Of a DNA stretch of 47,971 nucleotides, positions 27,802-38,724 are shown in pieces. The notes beneath the pieces were generated by a model. That model saw only the letters and a list, made by a program, of their open reading frames with translations. It made no database searches and was not told where the DNA came from. The first letter of the stretch is position 1; each line of letters begins with the position of its first letter. This stretch comes from Nanobdellota archaeon. Lineage in GTDB: Archaea; Nanobdellota; Nanobdellia; Pacearchaeales; GW2011-AR1. The stretch lies in the NCBI GenBank assembly GCA_043810695.1, contig JBDRNV010000008.1, positions 1 through 47,971 on the forward strand, written 5' to 3'. A program made the position numbers and the translations under genes.

Positions 27802-27945
27802 TTATCCAAAAAAATTTTTAATCTTATCTATCAGAGATTCACCTGTACCCCTAAGCAAAAAAATTGTAATCATAAGTATTACAAGAACTGCAACAGCTAT
27901 TAAAATCCATGGAAGATAGTCAGATATAACCCCTTTCTTTTTCAT
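27802..27945 (-). CDS. Small pilin-like protein, 47 aa (not in ORF track)
   Basis: MKKKG|VISDYLPWILIAVAVLVILMITIFLLRG... Confidence 0.72.
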   Translation of the reverse strand: MKKKGVISDYLPWILIAVAVLVILMITIFLLRGTGESLIDKIKNFFG

Positions 27946-27980
27946 AATTAAAAAAACAAATTCTATTTAATAAATTTAAC

Positions 27981-28325
27981 TCATTTGTGTTTTCTAGCTA
28001 TTAGTTTCTCTAATCCTTCCAGATTTCTGAAAAAATCATAATGAATATAATTAAATTCTGTTCTCGTTTCCATAACAACCGCAATAATTTTTGTTCTATA
28101 TAATAAATAAGTTACCCTATCATTAGTTATAACAGGAGTAGCAGAATCATAGGAAATTTCTTCTGATTTAATTGAAAAACATTCTGGTCCTGGTTTTACC
28201 TCATAATTAGCCTTAACATATTCTACTGTTTCTTTGAAGAAATCATCAATAGTTTGAACAATTTTTCCTTGCTCGCCAGTATTTACTGTAACTGACTTAG
28301 GAATTCTGCCCATATTTTTGAACAC
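27981..28325 (-). CDS. Hypothetical protein
   Basis: 114-aa ORF, no recognised motif. Confidence 0.55.
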   Translation of the reverse strand: MFKNMGRIPKSVTVNTGEQGKIVQTIDDFFKETVEYVKANYEVKPGPECFSIKSEEISYDSATPVITNDRVTYLLYRTKIIAVVMETRTEFNYIHYDFFRNLEGLEKLIARKHK

Positions 28326-28368
28326 ATTTTATCAATTTAAATAGATTTATGTAATTATAAAGAACTAA

Positions 28369-30576
28369 TCAAACAAGATTTCCAAGTACAATGCTTACAA
28401 GAACGAAAAGGGCAAGTGTTGCTAAAAGAGCTGTTATAAAATAAAGCGTTATGCCTGCTATAGAATTTTTTCCAGTCAGATTTGTTTTCTGAAGTTTGTC
28501 TTCACCAGAGTCTATAACAACAAGTGTTTTTGTTAAAATAAAAATCATCTGAACAAGATAAACTCCAATTATTATTTGCAGGAAGTAAGGAGGAATCATT
28601 GTTGTAACATCAAAAATATCTAATATCTGGGAAAGATTTCCAAGAGCTGCAGCTCCGCCCTCGCCAATCTCAGATATTTTCAATTTTGTAAGTATTTCTG
28701 TAATCATTGCAGCTAAACCAACAACAACTCCTGAAAGAAGAGGAGCTAAAAAAGACATATTGCTTTTCATATCAGAGATTATTTCAGCAAGCATATCTCT
28801 AAGCCTTAATGTAATTTGCTGTATATTCTTAACATATTCTGAAATGCTCATCATGCTTAAAGCTGCAATTTTTAATCCTTTTTTAGAAGACTCTATAAGA
28901 ATTTTCATGCTTATTGAGATTAATTCAGAAGGATAATATAGAATTGCACCTGCTTTACGATCAAAAATAGCTTTCTCAACACTCATACCCATTTGTCTTA
29001 TGTTATAATTAACTCTATTGAAAAAATTCTCTGTTTTGAGTCCTTTTGAAGATTCTGCAATTTTTCCAAAAACAAGTTCTGGCGGAACCCCATTCCCTAT
29101 TCTATTTCCAACTTGGAATAAAGAACTATTAAATTCTGATTCAAGCTGTTTTGTGTTTTCTCTTTCAATAATTAATTCTTTTGTTCTTGCTTTGAAAGCT
29201 GTTGAAAAAAATATCGCAATTCCTAGCGGAATAAACATGCTTAAAATTAATGCACCAGAACCAAAAGGCCCTGTTACTCCTGTTGCTGTCTCAACAAATC
29301 CAAAAACTTTTCCGTCTCCGAAAAATCCCAAACCCAACTCTGAAAAAGAATAATCTTTCTGCAAACCAATCATTTCAGGCATTGGAGTGTATTGAAAAAT
29401 AAATGGCAAAAAACCAAGTATCAAAAAAGGCAGTATAAGCAGAAATGCTGTAAAATAAGGTGTCTTGCTTTTATATTTATAATAAAGCGGGTTTCTTTCA
29501 AGCAAAGAACTGTCACCATAACCTCCTGGCCTTAAGAAGGTAATTTTGTCTGTAAGATAAAAAACAAAAAATGGAATGATAAGATTAAATAGAATAAACA
29601 CATGAATCCAGGTAAGCAAACCTCCAAGCATTGCAGATGCAAGAGGAAGTAAAGCAAGTCCAAGTGTTGGAAGAACAACCCCTAACATATAAACATTTGT
29701 CAAAGGACTTTTTACATTATGTGTGAATCTAAGCATTTTTTCGTAAACTCCGTCAAGAACGACTTTTAGTGATTTTTCAAGCGTATTAATTCTTCTTGCT
29801 TCATCAGGTTCATACAAGCTGCTTTCAATAAGATGAAATGCCTCAATAAATTCTATTGAATAATCTCTCCAGGTTTCAAGATAATTATCAAGACTTTCTT
29901 TTATTGTAGAGAATTTACCCATCTGAACATTATAAAAAACTTTTTTAAAATCAAGGGCAAGAGGAAATTGAAGATGTTCAGAAGCAAAAGCAATAGCTCT
30001 TTCAAAATTAGGAGTATGCCGCATGTAAATAACAATATACAAGATAGCAGGAACCATCTGACTTGAAGCTTTTAAACGCCATTTGTTTGCTAGCCTGGCA
30101 GGATATGCTTTCATGAAATAAAAAACAAAAAAAGAAAAAATCATCATAAGAAAGAAAAATAAAAATTGAAAAGAATTAATATCTCCTTTAATAAGTACAA
30201 TTGCTACAGAAATAAGAAGCCCGATAAAAAGAACACTTACAAAAGACATAACACTTAATGTTAATGGCTGCCAGGGTTCAAGATCAAGGTGAGAAATTTC
30301 AATATTTCTTCTAACAGCCGAGGTGTCTTTTTCAGCTAATTTAAGTTTTATAACACTTCCAAAACTCTTGCACCATTTTTCATATCGTGATGTTTCAGGT
30401 GCCATTTCTTCCTTAAATTTAAGATATTCTTGGCTGTAATTAACATCTTTTATCCCAGCAGTTTCTATCTTGGATTCTATTCTGCTCCCATATTTTCTAA
30501 AGATTTCATCAATGTCTCTCGATGTTGCTGGCATTTTCTCTTTTTTATATTTCTTAATCTTAAAAGAAAATAGCAA
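28369..30576 (-). CDS. Type IV pilus/T2SS-F family membrane platform protein (fused TadB/TadC-like); start probably 30534
   Basis: Two hydrophobic halves each preceded by a cytoplasmic domain; lies between the pilin genes and the secretion ATPase. Confidence 0.75.
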   Translation of the reverse strand: MLFSFKIKKYKKEKMPATSRDIDEIFRKYGSRIESKIETAGIKDVNYSQEYLKFKEEMAPETSRYEKWCKSFGSVIKLKLAEKDTSAVRRNIEISHLDLEPWQPLTLSVMSFVSVLFIGLLISVAIVLIKGDINSFQFLFFFLMMIFSFFVFYFMKAYPARLANKWRLKASSQMVPAILYIVIYMRHTPNFERAIAFASEHLQFPLALDFKKVFYNVQMGKFSTIKESLDNYLETWRDYSIEFIEAFHLIESSLYEPDEARRINTLEKSLKVVLDGVYEKMLRFTHNVKSPLTNVYMLGVVLPTLGLALLPLASAMLGGLLTWIHVFILFNLIIPFFVFYLTDKITFLRPGGYGDSSLLERNPLYYKYKSKTPYFTAFLLILPFLILGFLPFIFQYTPMPEMIGLQKDYSFSELGLGFFGDGKVFGFVETATGVTGPFGSGALILSMFIPLGIAIFFSTAFKARTKELIIERENTKQLESEFNSSLFQVGNRIGNGVPPELVFGKIAESSKGLKTENFFNRVNYNIRQMGMSVEKAIFDRKAGAILYYPSELISISMKILIESSKKGLKIAALSMMSISEYVKNIQQITLRLRDMLAEIISDMKSNMSFLAPLLSGVVVGLAAMITEILTKLKISEIGEGGAAALGNLSQILDIFDVTTMIPPYFLQIIIGVYLVQMIFILTKTLVVIDSGEDKLQKTNLTGKNSIAGITLYFITALLATLALFVLVSIVLGNLV

Positions 30577-30639
30577 AGATTATTAATAAATGTAACTTTT
30601 ATAAAAATAAAATCATAATTTCATCTAAAGTTCTATAGG

Positions 30640-33600
30640 TTAGACGCACATTCCATATGTATTGCAGATTTTTCCTGCACTACACTTATCATTATCTGCA
30701 TGATATCCTCTTCCATCAACATTACATACAGAACATTCTGAGTTTGGTCTTAATGTGTTTGGAGTACATGGTAGACAATAACCTCTTGTATATATATTAG
30801 ATATACCACACACAGTATTACTACATAAACTATTATTAGCATATCTGACAAAACCATCCAAACATATTAAACAATTAGTGCCTAATATCAAGCCTGTTCC
30901 AGTACATCCGCCAGGAGTTGGTAAACTTGTATCAAAGAATTTAACTCCTGAAACAGGATCTCTCATATTATTTGGTGGATTTTTATTATCTATAGCAATA
31001 GCATAATATTCATGATATTCACCAATATCTTTTACAAAAAAGTTAAATATGCAAATAGGATTATTATTACAGGTAATAACAGGTGTATTCATATCATCAT
31101 AAAATATCTGAATTGTTTTAATTCCATATGGAGAATAAACAGCAGCACTTATTGTAGACTCTGCATTTACCCAAATCGTTTGAACCGGACCGTGAGAGAC
31201 AAATAACGAAGTGAAATCTGTATTAGTTGTAGTATCAACACAAGTTCCTAATGGATTACAATATTTGCCTGTTCCACATTTTGAATGGTCATAATAATCA
31301 TAAGCTGATTCATCTGTATTGCAAAATAAACAAATTGAACCTGGTTTAAGGGTGTTAGCAACACATAATTGAACATGTTGTACAGTAAAGCTTTTTGTTT
31401 CTGATGTATTTGAAATACCATAAAAATCAAAAGCTTTTGCGTAATATGTATGTGGCCCGTTTGGATAAGTTCTAGCATCAGTCGTGCAATTACATAAATT
31501 AGATTTACAAACATTACAATAATAATCAGAAAGATCACATTCTTTAATCTTATTACCATCAAAATAAATTTCTACTCTATCTATTCCAGAGTTTCCTGTG
31601 TTTACATCACTTGCTGTAGCTGTAATTGTAATAAGTTGTGTTTGATTTGGATTGCTTGGACTATGAGATACAGAGATTGTTGGGGCTGTAAAATCAGTAC
31701 GATTATATATAACATTTATTTTAGCAGTTGTTGAATTTAAACCAGATGTATCAATTGCTATTACTTCTATTGTATTATTTCCGAAAATAAATGGGTATGA
31801 TCCTGTTGCTGTACCCCATGACGCATTAGTTCCAGATTGAGTTAAATAAGCAGAAAACCATTTTTGATTATTTACCCTTAATATAACATCACTAATTCCT
31901 AAATTATCAAAAGCATTACCTCTAATAGATACCCAATCATAAAGAGATATCTGCCAATTTGTTGGTGAACTAATTGCTATTGTTGGAGGAATTGTATCTT
32001 TTGTATCTGTTACTACAAATCTTTTTGTTCCTACACTAGGGTCAACACCCATATTATTATAATTATCTAAAGCAGTTGCATAATATTCATAGGTTCCTAA
32101 GGCAAAAGTCTTTGTATAAACACAAGGACTGCTTGTACATGTTTTAACATTTACATTATCAACATAAATCTGTATTTGTTTTATTCCATTTGCATCATTT
32201 GCATTTGCTGTTATTGTAACAGGTTGTGTTTGATTTGGATTGCTTGGACTATGAGATACAGAAACAGTTGGATCTATTTCATCGATTGATCTTACAGTAA
32301 AGTCCTTTAATTTAACATCAGGAACTGTCTTAGTATTATTTGCACCATCAACAGCAATTGCATAATAAGTATGGGTACCTCTTAAATAAATTTTAGGCAT
32401 TGTTGCACAGATACATGCACCTGAAGTGCATACTGGATTAAATGTACAACTTCCAGCTAAGATATAATCAACATAAATTTTTATTTCTTTTATTCCAGAA
32501 TCACCTAATCCAACATCGCTTGCACTAGCTGTTATTGTAACACTATCTGTTGTTAATGGATTTGTTGGAGAATGGCTTGCAGAAATATTTGGAGAAATCG
32601 TATCTAGCTCTGCTACACTAAATGTTTTTGTTGTTGTGGTTGCATTATTATTTGCACCATCAATAGCACTTACATAATAATAATGTGTTCCAATGTAATA
32701 ATCATTAGCAGGAGTTGCACAAGTGCATGAACTTGAAGTGCATATTGTACTAAATGTACATGTTCTAGATAAAGTTCCGTCGACATAAACTCGTATTTCT
32801 TTTATTCCAGAATTTCCAGTGTTCACATCGCTTGCATTTGCTGTAATTACAACAGGTTGTTCAATTTTGGGATTAGTTGGAGAATGACTAACAGAAACAG
32901 TTGGAACGATTGTATCTGGTCCTGCTACCCCTATAGTTATTGTTCTTGTTTCTGTTGATGCGCTTCTAGTGTCGTCGTTTGTATTTACAGAATATATGTG
33001 TGTGCCATTTGCGATTGATTGTTCGTTTATTTCAAATAAATAAGTGTTAATGCTTGTCTTACGTAGATTTCCATAATAATGTTGTTTTATTTCTTCTGCC
33101 GTTAAGCTTCTATTCCATATTCTTAGCTCATCAACTGTACCATTTAGAACTCCTGGTGCTCCACAGCATTGTTGTGAACCAATTTCTAATGGGATAGTTG
33201 TTCTAGGTAATGTGCCATACACAGAATTAATTGTTTCTGTCTGTTGTACACCATTAATATACAATTTCATTGTCGATCCGTCATATGTTGAAGCCACATG
33301 ATACCATTGATTATTATCTGCAATTGTATTGGAGTATATTGTTCCACCTATATTGTTTCCTGTAGCGTTCCCTAACTGCATGGCTATGGATCCGCTGCTT
33401 GTCACTCCTGTTCTCCATCCTCTACTATATCCATCTAATCCTACAATGATAGCTGTAGATGATGGATTATTATTTTTCTTAAACCAATATTCTACAGTAT
33501 AAGTTTTCATTCCTTGCAATGCTGATCTTTCATAAACATTTAGGCTCATTGGTTTACCTGTAAATCCTATACCTCCACCATATACACCTGTTGTTAGTAT

Positions 33601-36219
33601 ACATTGAGTTACATTCCAACATGCACCATTTTGACCATAAATGCTTGCATCCTTAATCAAGGTACTATTTTCACCCCAATCATTCAGATTCTCGAAATTG
33701 AACATTAAAACAAGTGTTGGGTCATAGAAAGAATAACTATTACTATCCCAAACAAAATTAACATTTTTCAATTTTTGAGAATTTATAATATTAGCACTGA
33801 TACTTACATTATTAGAAGACGTAGAAGCACCGTTAGGCAGAGTACTTGGTGTAAAGCTAACATCTAAATTTGAAGTGATGATACCAAATGTTGCTGTGGC
33901 GCTTCGATTTGAATTCATTATTAAAGTACAAACTCCAGTATTACTGCAAGCCCCACTCCATCCAACAAAGTTATATCCATTTCCAGGTGTTGCTGTCAAT
34001 GCCACAGATGTTCCGCTACTGTAAGTATTTTTACATGTTGTGCCGCAATTAGTATTTGGTGGATTAATATTAATAGTTCCAGAACCTGATACAGTTGTTG
34101 TTAAAGCATAAACAGTTGGTGCTATAACTATAAAACTCTTTGTTCCTGATAAAGGATCTCTTCCAATATTACCATAACTATCTGTTGCATCTGCATAATA
34201 TGTGTGTGGTCCAGCAGGGGGTATACCTGAATATGCACATGGTGATGATGTACATGTTCTTTTTAATAATCCATCACTATAAATTCTTATTTGGCTTATA
34301 CCAGATGCATCAGTAGCAGTAGCTGTTAATGTTACTGTATCTCCTGGTATTGGATTACTTGGACTATGTGTTACGTTAACAATTGGATTTGTTTCATCAC
34401 CACCTAATTCTAATTCTACATTAACTTTAGCAATACTAGATGATTTTCCAGAAGCATCAAATGATTGAGCTTCTATAATATTAGTTCCTGGAATTAAAGT
34501 AACAGGAATGCTCCATGGATTTGTTCCTGTAGCAGTTGACCATAATGCTTCATTATTTAATCTAACTCTTACACTTGTTACTCCAATATCATCACTAGCT
34601 GTTCCTCTTACAATAATATTTGCATTTTCTGCCTTAAATCTATCTCCTTCTTCAGGATAGGTAATTGCAACAATTGGATTTTGTGTATCTGTTTGTGTAA
34701 CTGTAAAACTTTTAGAAGGATTACCAGGACTAGGATCTGTATTACTATTATCAGAACCATCAACAGCAACTGCAGAATAATTATGAGTACCAACAGAATA
34801 AGTTCTAGAAGTAGTTGCACAGGTACAGGATGTTAAAGTACATAATATGGCAAATGCACATGTTCTAGATAAAACATCATCAACGTAAACTCTTATTTCG
34901 CTAATTCCAGAATCACCTTTATCCACATCACTTGCAGTTGCTGTAATTATAACTTGTTGTATGTGTGTAGGATTATCTGGTGAATGTATTACAGAAATTG
35001 TTGGATGTTCAATGTCTATTGGTGTTGTATCATTAAAATTAACATTTACCTTAGCTACTGCAGAACCAATTTCAAAAACATTAAATGCTTGAGCTTCTAT
35101 TACATTAGTTCCTTCAACTAAAGTAACTTGAGTTTCCCATGTTGCAATCTTACTACTTAAACCAATAGGATTAGGAACATCTACACCATTTACTTTTACA
35201 CTTACATAAGATAATTTAACACCATCTCTTGCAGTACCTGAAACAACTATTGATGCAGTATTAAAAACCTGCCCTTCAGTAGGGCTTACTATTTGAATAA
35301 TTGGTACTTTTTTTATAATATCAGGATCTTTTATATTTCTTACAGAGAGGTATTTATCACTCTTACTATTAATACCTGTTTCTAGAGCTATATCTAATGT
35401 TTCATCACTATCTAAATCAACAACCTGAACATCTTCTTCTACAACTTCAAATGGAGCTGTTCCAGCATCAATATCTAGAATTATTATACTCTTATCTTCT
35501 TGATCAATTAAAGCAATTGAATGTGGTTCATCATTTATTCCAAAGTTTAAAACACTATCTTCACCTAGTATAAAATAAAATGTATTAACCAAATCTCCAA
35601 TATTATAACTCTGTCCTGCAGCAATTATCAAGGGATTTTCAGAATCTAAACCAAGGATTATAGGTAGTGGTTCAACTCCTCCACCTCCCCCGCCACCTCC
35701 TCTGCTACCAGTATTACTGCCTGCTTTTGTTATCTTTACAATTCCTTCTACAAAATCATCTGCTATTCTTTTAACTAAGGGTTTAACTCTTCTAACATTG
35801 AACATTAATTTCGCTTTTTTTACATCTCCTTTCAAAGTCATGTAAAGTATTTCAAGGCTACCTATTATTGTTTCATTTTCAACTCCTATAGGACATTCTA
35901 AAATAATCTTAACCTCTTTATTGCCTGAATTAATTAGTGAAGATTGATCAAGATAAGCATTAATGCAAGTACTCATGCGAATAGATTCAGGAATTATTCT
36001 TAATTCTTGCACATCTGTTGCTTCTAATAAAACATAATTTTGTTGATCTAACTGTTCTTGTGTAAAAACTTTAACTTCTTTGCACGTAAAAGGTCCTTGA
36101 ACATTACAACCTCTTTCTTGTTTAATTGGAACAAAATAACTAACAAGCAATAATGTAATAATAATTCCAACAATTATTATTAGAAATACTAACAATGATA
36201 TTAATTGGTTCTTTTTCAT
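30640..36219 (-). CDS. Giant membrane-anchored surface protein (1859 aa): Ig-like repeats, InlB-B-like repeat, LamG/concanavalin domain, Cys-rich tail
   Basis: N-terminal TM helix; repeated DT..PT.SV.HSP.NP...VTITA.A.D..GI..I..YVD units; TPGNGYNFVGWSGAC; WYHVASTYDG...LYING...VDELRIWNR. Confidence 0.85.
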   Translation of the reverse strand: MKKNQLISLLVFLIIIVGIIITLLLVSYFVPIKQERGCNVQGPFTCKEVKVFTQEQLDQQNYVLLEATDVQELRIIPESIRMSTCINAYLDQSSLINSGNKEVKIILECPIGVENETIIGSLEILYMTLKGDVKKAKLMFNVRRVKPLVKRIADDFVEGIVKITKAGSNTGSRGGGGGGGGVEPLPIILGLDSENPLIIAAGQSYNIGDLVNTFYFILGEDSVLNFGINDEPHSIALIDQEDKSIIILDIDAGTAPFEVVEEDVQVVDLDSDETLDIALETGINSKSDKYLSVRNIKDPDIIKKVPIIQIVSPTEGQVFNTASIVVSGTARDGVKLSYVSVKVNGVDVPNPIGLSSKIATWETQVTLVEGTNVIEAQAFNVFEIGSAVAKVNVNFNDTTPIDIEHPTISVIHSPDNPTHIQQVIITATASDVDKGDSGISEIRVYVDDVLSRTCAFAILCTLTSCTCATTSRTYSVGTHNYSAVAVDGSDNSNTDPSPGNPSKSFTVTQTDTQNPIVAITYPEEGDRFKAENANIIVRGTASDDIGVTSVRVRLNNEALWSTATGTNPWSIPVTLIPGTNIIEAQSFDASGKSSSIAKVNVELELGGDETNPIVNVTHSPSNPIPGDTVTLTATATDASGISQIRIYSDGLLKRTCTSSPCAYSGIPPAGPHTYYADATDSYGNIGRDPLSGTKSFIVIAPTVYALTTTVSGSGTININPPNTNCGTTCKNTYSSGTSVALTATPGNGYNFVGWSGACSNTGVCTLIMNSNRSATATFGIITSNLDVSFTPSTLPNGASTSSNNVSISANIINSQKLKNVNFVWDSNSYSFYDPTLVLMFNFENLNDWGENSTLIKDASIYGQNGACWNVTQCILTTGVYGGGIGFTGKPMSLNVYERSALQGMKTYTVEYWFKKNNNPSSTAIIVGLDGYSRGWRTGVTSSGSIAMQLGNATGNNIGGTIYSNTIADNNQWYHVASTYDGSTMKLYINGVQQTETINSVYGTLPRTTIPLEIGSQQCCGAPGVLNGTVDELRIWNRSLTAEEIKQHYYGNLRKTSINTYLFEINEQSIANGTHIYSVNTNDDTRSASTETRTITIGVAGPDTIVPTVSVSHSPTNPKIEQPVVITANASDVNTGNSGIKEIRVYVDGTLSRTCTFSTICTSSSCTCATPANDYYIGTHYYYVSAIDGANNNATTTTKTFSVAELDTISPNISASHSPTNPLTTDSVTITASASDVGLGDSGIKEIKIYVDYILAGSCTFNPVCTSGACICATMPKIYLRGTHTYYAIAVDGANNTKTVPDVKLKDFTVRSIDEIDPTVSVSHSPSNPNQTQPVTITANANDANGIKQIQIYVDNVNVKTCTSSPCVYTKTFALGTYEYYATALDNYNNMGVDPSVGTKRFVVTDTKDTIPPTIAISSPTNWQISLYDWVSIRGNAFDNLGISDVILRVNNQKWFSAYLTQSGTNASWGTATGSYPFIFGNNTIEVIAIDTSGLNSTTAKINVIYNRTDFTAPTISVSHSPSNPNQTQLITITATASDVNTGNSGIDRVEIYFDGNKIKECDLSDYYCNVCKSNLCNCTTDARTYPNGPHTYYAKAFDFYGISNTSETKSFTVQHVQLCVANTLKPGSICLFCNTDESAYDYYDHSKCGTGKYCNPLGTCVDTTTNTDFTSLFVSHGPVQTIWVNAESTISAAVYSPYGIKTIQIFYDDMNTPVITCNNNPICIFNFFVKDIGEYHEYYAIAIDNKNPPNNMRDPVSGVKFFDTSLPTPGGCTGTGLILGTNCLICLDGFVRYANNSLCSNTVCGISNIYTRGYCLPCTPNTLRPNSECSVCNVDGRGYHADNDKCSAGKICNTYGMCV

Positions 36220-36287
36220 TATCCTGCTCTTTTTATTTTATCCTCTTTAATAGTAAGATTATATATATTTAATGTTTTAATGTTTTA

Positions 36288-36713
36288 ATGTTTTTAAAAA
36301 GATTTATATATATGTTGAATTTTAATTCTTATATGGATAATAATAAAAAATATATTACAATAACAATTATAATAATCTTTTTAGCAATATTTTTTTTGTT
36401 TTTAAATAACAATCTAACCTCAGATGTTATAAAACAAACAGATATTATAGCTCCCACTATTTCAATAACCTCTCCTCAAAATAATTATTTTTCAGAAAAA
36501 ACTTATTTAACCATTAAAGGTATTGCAAGCGATAATGTCGGAATAAGAGAGATTAGATTTAAATCCAATGATAATAATTGGGAAATAATTGCAGGAAGCT
36601 CTTCTTGGAGTAAAGGAATAAACCTTAATCAAGGAGAAAATATTATTTATGTGCAGGCTTTTGATAAAAATGGAAATGCTTCTCCTGTAGAAAGTATTAG
36701 AATTTACGCTTAA
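36288..36713 (+). CDS. Small membrane-anchored single Ig-like domain protein (start probably 36333)
   Basis: DIIAPTISITSP...GIASDNVGI...GENIIYVQAFD; same repeat type as in the divergent giant gene. Confidence 0.75.
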   Translation: MFLKRFIYMLNFNSYMDNNKKYITITIIIIFLAIFFLFLNNNLTSDVIKQTDIIAPTISITSPQNNYFSEKTYLTIKGIASDNVGIREIRFKSNDNNWEIIAGSSSWSKGINLNQGENIIYVQAFDKNGNASPVESIRIYA

Positions 36714-36732
36714 TATTCTTTTATTTTAATAA

Positions 36733-38040
36733 TTAAGAATTAAATTCCCAGCATTCTAGACAAAGTTTTTCTCTTGGAAAACCAATAGCTTCTTCTAAAT
36801 CCTCAATAGTTGCATAACCTAAACTGTCCAACCCTCTTGTTCTTCTTATTTCATCTATGCTCATTCTTCTAGCAATGCATTCATCATCTGTGTTTGTAGT
36901 TTTTCCATATTTACAAGCAAACATTAAGGGTGGGCAGGCAATTCTAGCATGCACTTCTTTAGCTCCTTTGTCTTTCAATCTTCGTGTTTGAATTTCAGTT
37001 TGAGTTCCTCTAACAATACTGTCATCCACAATAATAATTCTTTTATCTTTGACAATTTCTTCAAGAACAATTAGTTTTCTATTTCCTTCTTCTGTTCTAT
37101 CTTCTTGTTCTTGAGGTGTAAAACTTCTGTCAGAATAATCATATCTAACAAAAACTTCTTCATAACGAATTCCTGATTCTTCAGAATATCCTATTCCATG
37201 CCATCTTCCAGAATTTGCAATTCCAGAAACAATATCAGCTTTAACAGGATATCTCCTATGTAAACATTTTCCTATTCCTTTTCGAACAAGTGCAGCATTT
37301 TTTCCATCGATGACAGAGGCAGGATGAGCTGTATAAACCCATTCAAATGTTCCAAATTTTATTGGATTTAAATCTAATTTTTTTATAACATTAAACCCAT
37401 CTTCATTTACTAAAACAATTTCCCCTGGTTCAACATCTCTTACAATTTTAAAGCCAGTATTAACAAAAGAATTGCTCTCTGAAGAAACAGCATAACTTCC
37501 ATCTTTTTTGCCAAGAATTAATGGTTTTCTGCCCCAGCCTCTTGCAGCATATATTCCTTGTTTAGTTAAAGCAATAATTGCAAAATCCCCTTGAATATCA
37601 TTAATAAGTCTTTCTACTCCTTTTTCAAAATTTAATTCAGAGGAAATTATTTTAGAAACAATTAAAGTATCTTTTACTTTCTCTGGATCATGATAACCAT
37701 CAAAACTTCTTCCTTCTTTGAGTAATTTATCTTTTAATTGAGAATAATTAATAATATTTCCATCAAAACCAAGAAGCATTCCTCCTGCTCTTGACGATTC
37801 TGAAACAGGTTGCCTATCTGTTGAAACAACACCTATTGCAGAATATGCTGAAAGACTTTTTATTAGACCTTTAGGAAATTGTTGTTTTATTAAACCTCTA
37901 TGAGTTTCAATTTCTAAAGTTTTACCATTATTAAAACTCATTCCACAATAATCCTGCGCTCTATGTTGTAAATAAAATGTTCCATAAAAAGCATCTTCGA
38001 CACAATTTTCACTTGAAACAACCCCAAAAATTCCAGACAT
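36733..38040 (-). CDS. purF: Amidophosphoribosyltransferase-like protein, atypical (Ser at Cys1)
   Basis: LQHRAQD, DGNIIN, PRPP loop VDDSIVRGT, ACPP...CKYG, CLECW. Confidence 0.85.
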   Translation of the reverse strand: MSGIFGVVSSENCVEDAFYGTFYLQHRAQDYCGMSFNNGKTLEIETHRGLIKQQFPKGLIKSLSAYSAIGVVSTDRQPVSESSRAGGMLLGFDGNIINYSQLKDKLLKEGRSFDGYHDPEKVKDTLIVSKIISSELNFEKGVERLINDIQGDFAIIALTKQGIYAARGWGRKPLILGKKDGSYAVSSESNSFVNTGFKIVRDVEPGEIVLVNEDGFNVIKKLDLNPIKFGTFEWVYTAHPASVIDGKNAALVRKGIGKCLHRRYPVKADIVSGIANSGRWHGIGYSEESGIRYEEVFVRYDYSDRSFTPQEQEDRTEEGNRKLIVLEEIVKDKRIIIVDDSIVRGTQTEIQTRRLKDKGAKEVHARIACPPLMFACKYGKTTNTDDECIARRMSIDEIRRTRGLDSLGYATIEDLEEAIGFPREKLCLECWEFNS

Positions 38041-38094
38041 AAATTAAAAATCAGAGAATTATTTTTAAATTCTATTGTGATGTAGAATAATTAA

Positions 38095-38724
38095 TTAGGG
38101 TAAAATTTTTTGATAAACACTAAATTCTTCAAAGAATTCTATTTCTTGACTGTATAATTTGAAAACAGTATAAATTCTATAATCTCCAACCTCACTAAGA
38201 ACTAAATTTTTAGAATTGAACAATTCTGCTAAATCAAAATAACTTTTAGGAGAGATGATAATATTTTCATTTAAAACAAGATTCTGGTAATTATTCCAGC
38301 TACCACCACTATTTTTTTGTATAATCATAGAAAGTTGTCCATTTATTAAACTGTCTTGATTATTCACAATTTTTGATTCTGAAATATATACATTAGGAGT
38401 ATTAAATGTATCTCGATCATTTAAATTAGAATCATCTAAATTCTCTTGTTTTTCTGTTTGTCTTCTAAATAAATTTAAGAAACCATTAAAAATTCGGGTA
38501 AAAAAGTTTTCTTTCTGTTCTTCGCCCAAAGTTGCTTGTTTATAGATAGACATTTTTGTTTTTTCTATTAAAGGTTGGCTGTGTATTGACAATAATTTTT
38601 CAACAGATTCATCATTATTATAAGCAATACTTGAAACAAAATTCATTGATAAAATAAATAAACTTAATAAGACAAAACAAATTCCCAAAACTGTTAATGA
38701 ATTTTTTCTTTTTTTAAATTTCAT
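38095..38724 (-). CDS. Secreted/membrane hypothetical protein
   Basis: Signal-peptide-like N-terminus; ATGA-coupled to the upstream gene. Confidence 0.6.
   Translation of the reverse strand: MKFKKRKNSLTVLGICFVLLSLFILSMNFVSSIAYNNDESVEKLLSIHSQPLIEKTKMSIYKQATLGEEQKENFFTRIFNGFLNLFRRQTEKQENLDDSNLNDRDTFNTPNVYISESKIVNNQDSLINGQLSMIIQKNSGGSWNNYQNLVLNENIIISPKSYFDLAELFNSKNLVLSEVGDYRIYTVFKLYSQEIEFFEEFSVYQKILP

Noticed and set aside
36270-36295. TAATGTTT x3 tandem repeat between divergent genes
   Set aside because: Short, low-complexity and AT-rich; no evidence of function. It does create spurious upstream ATGs for the 36288 ORF.
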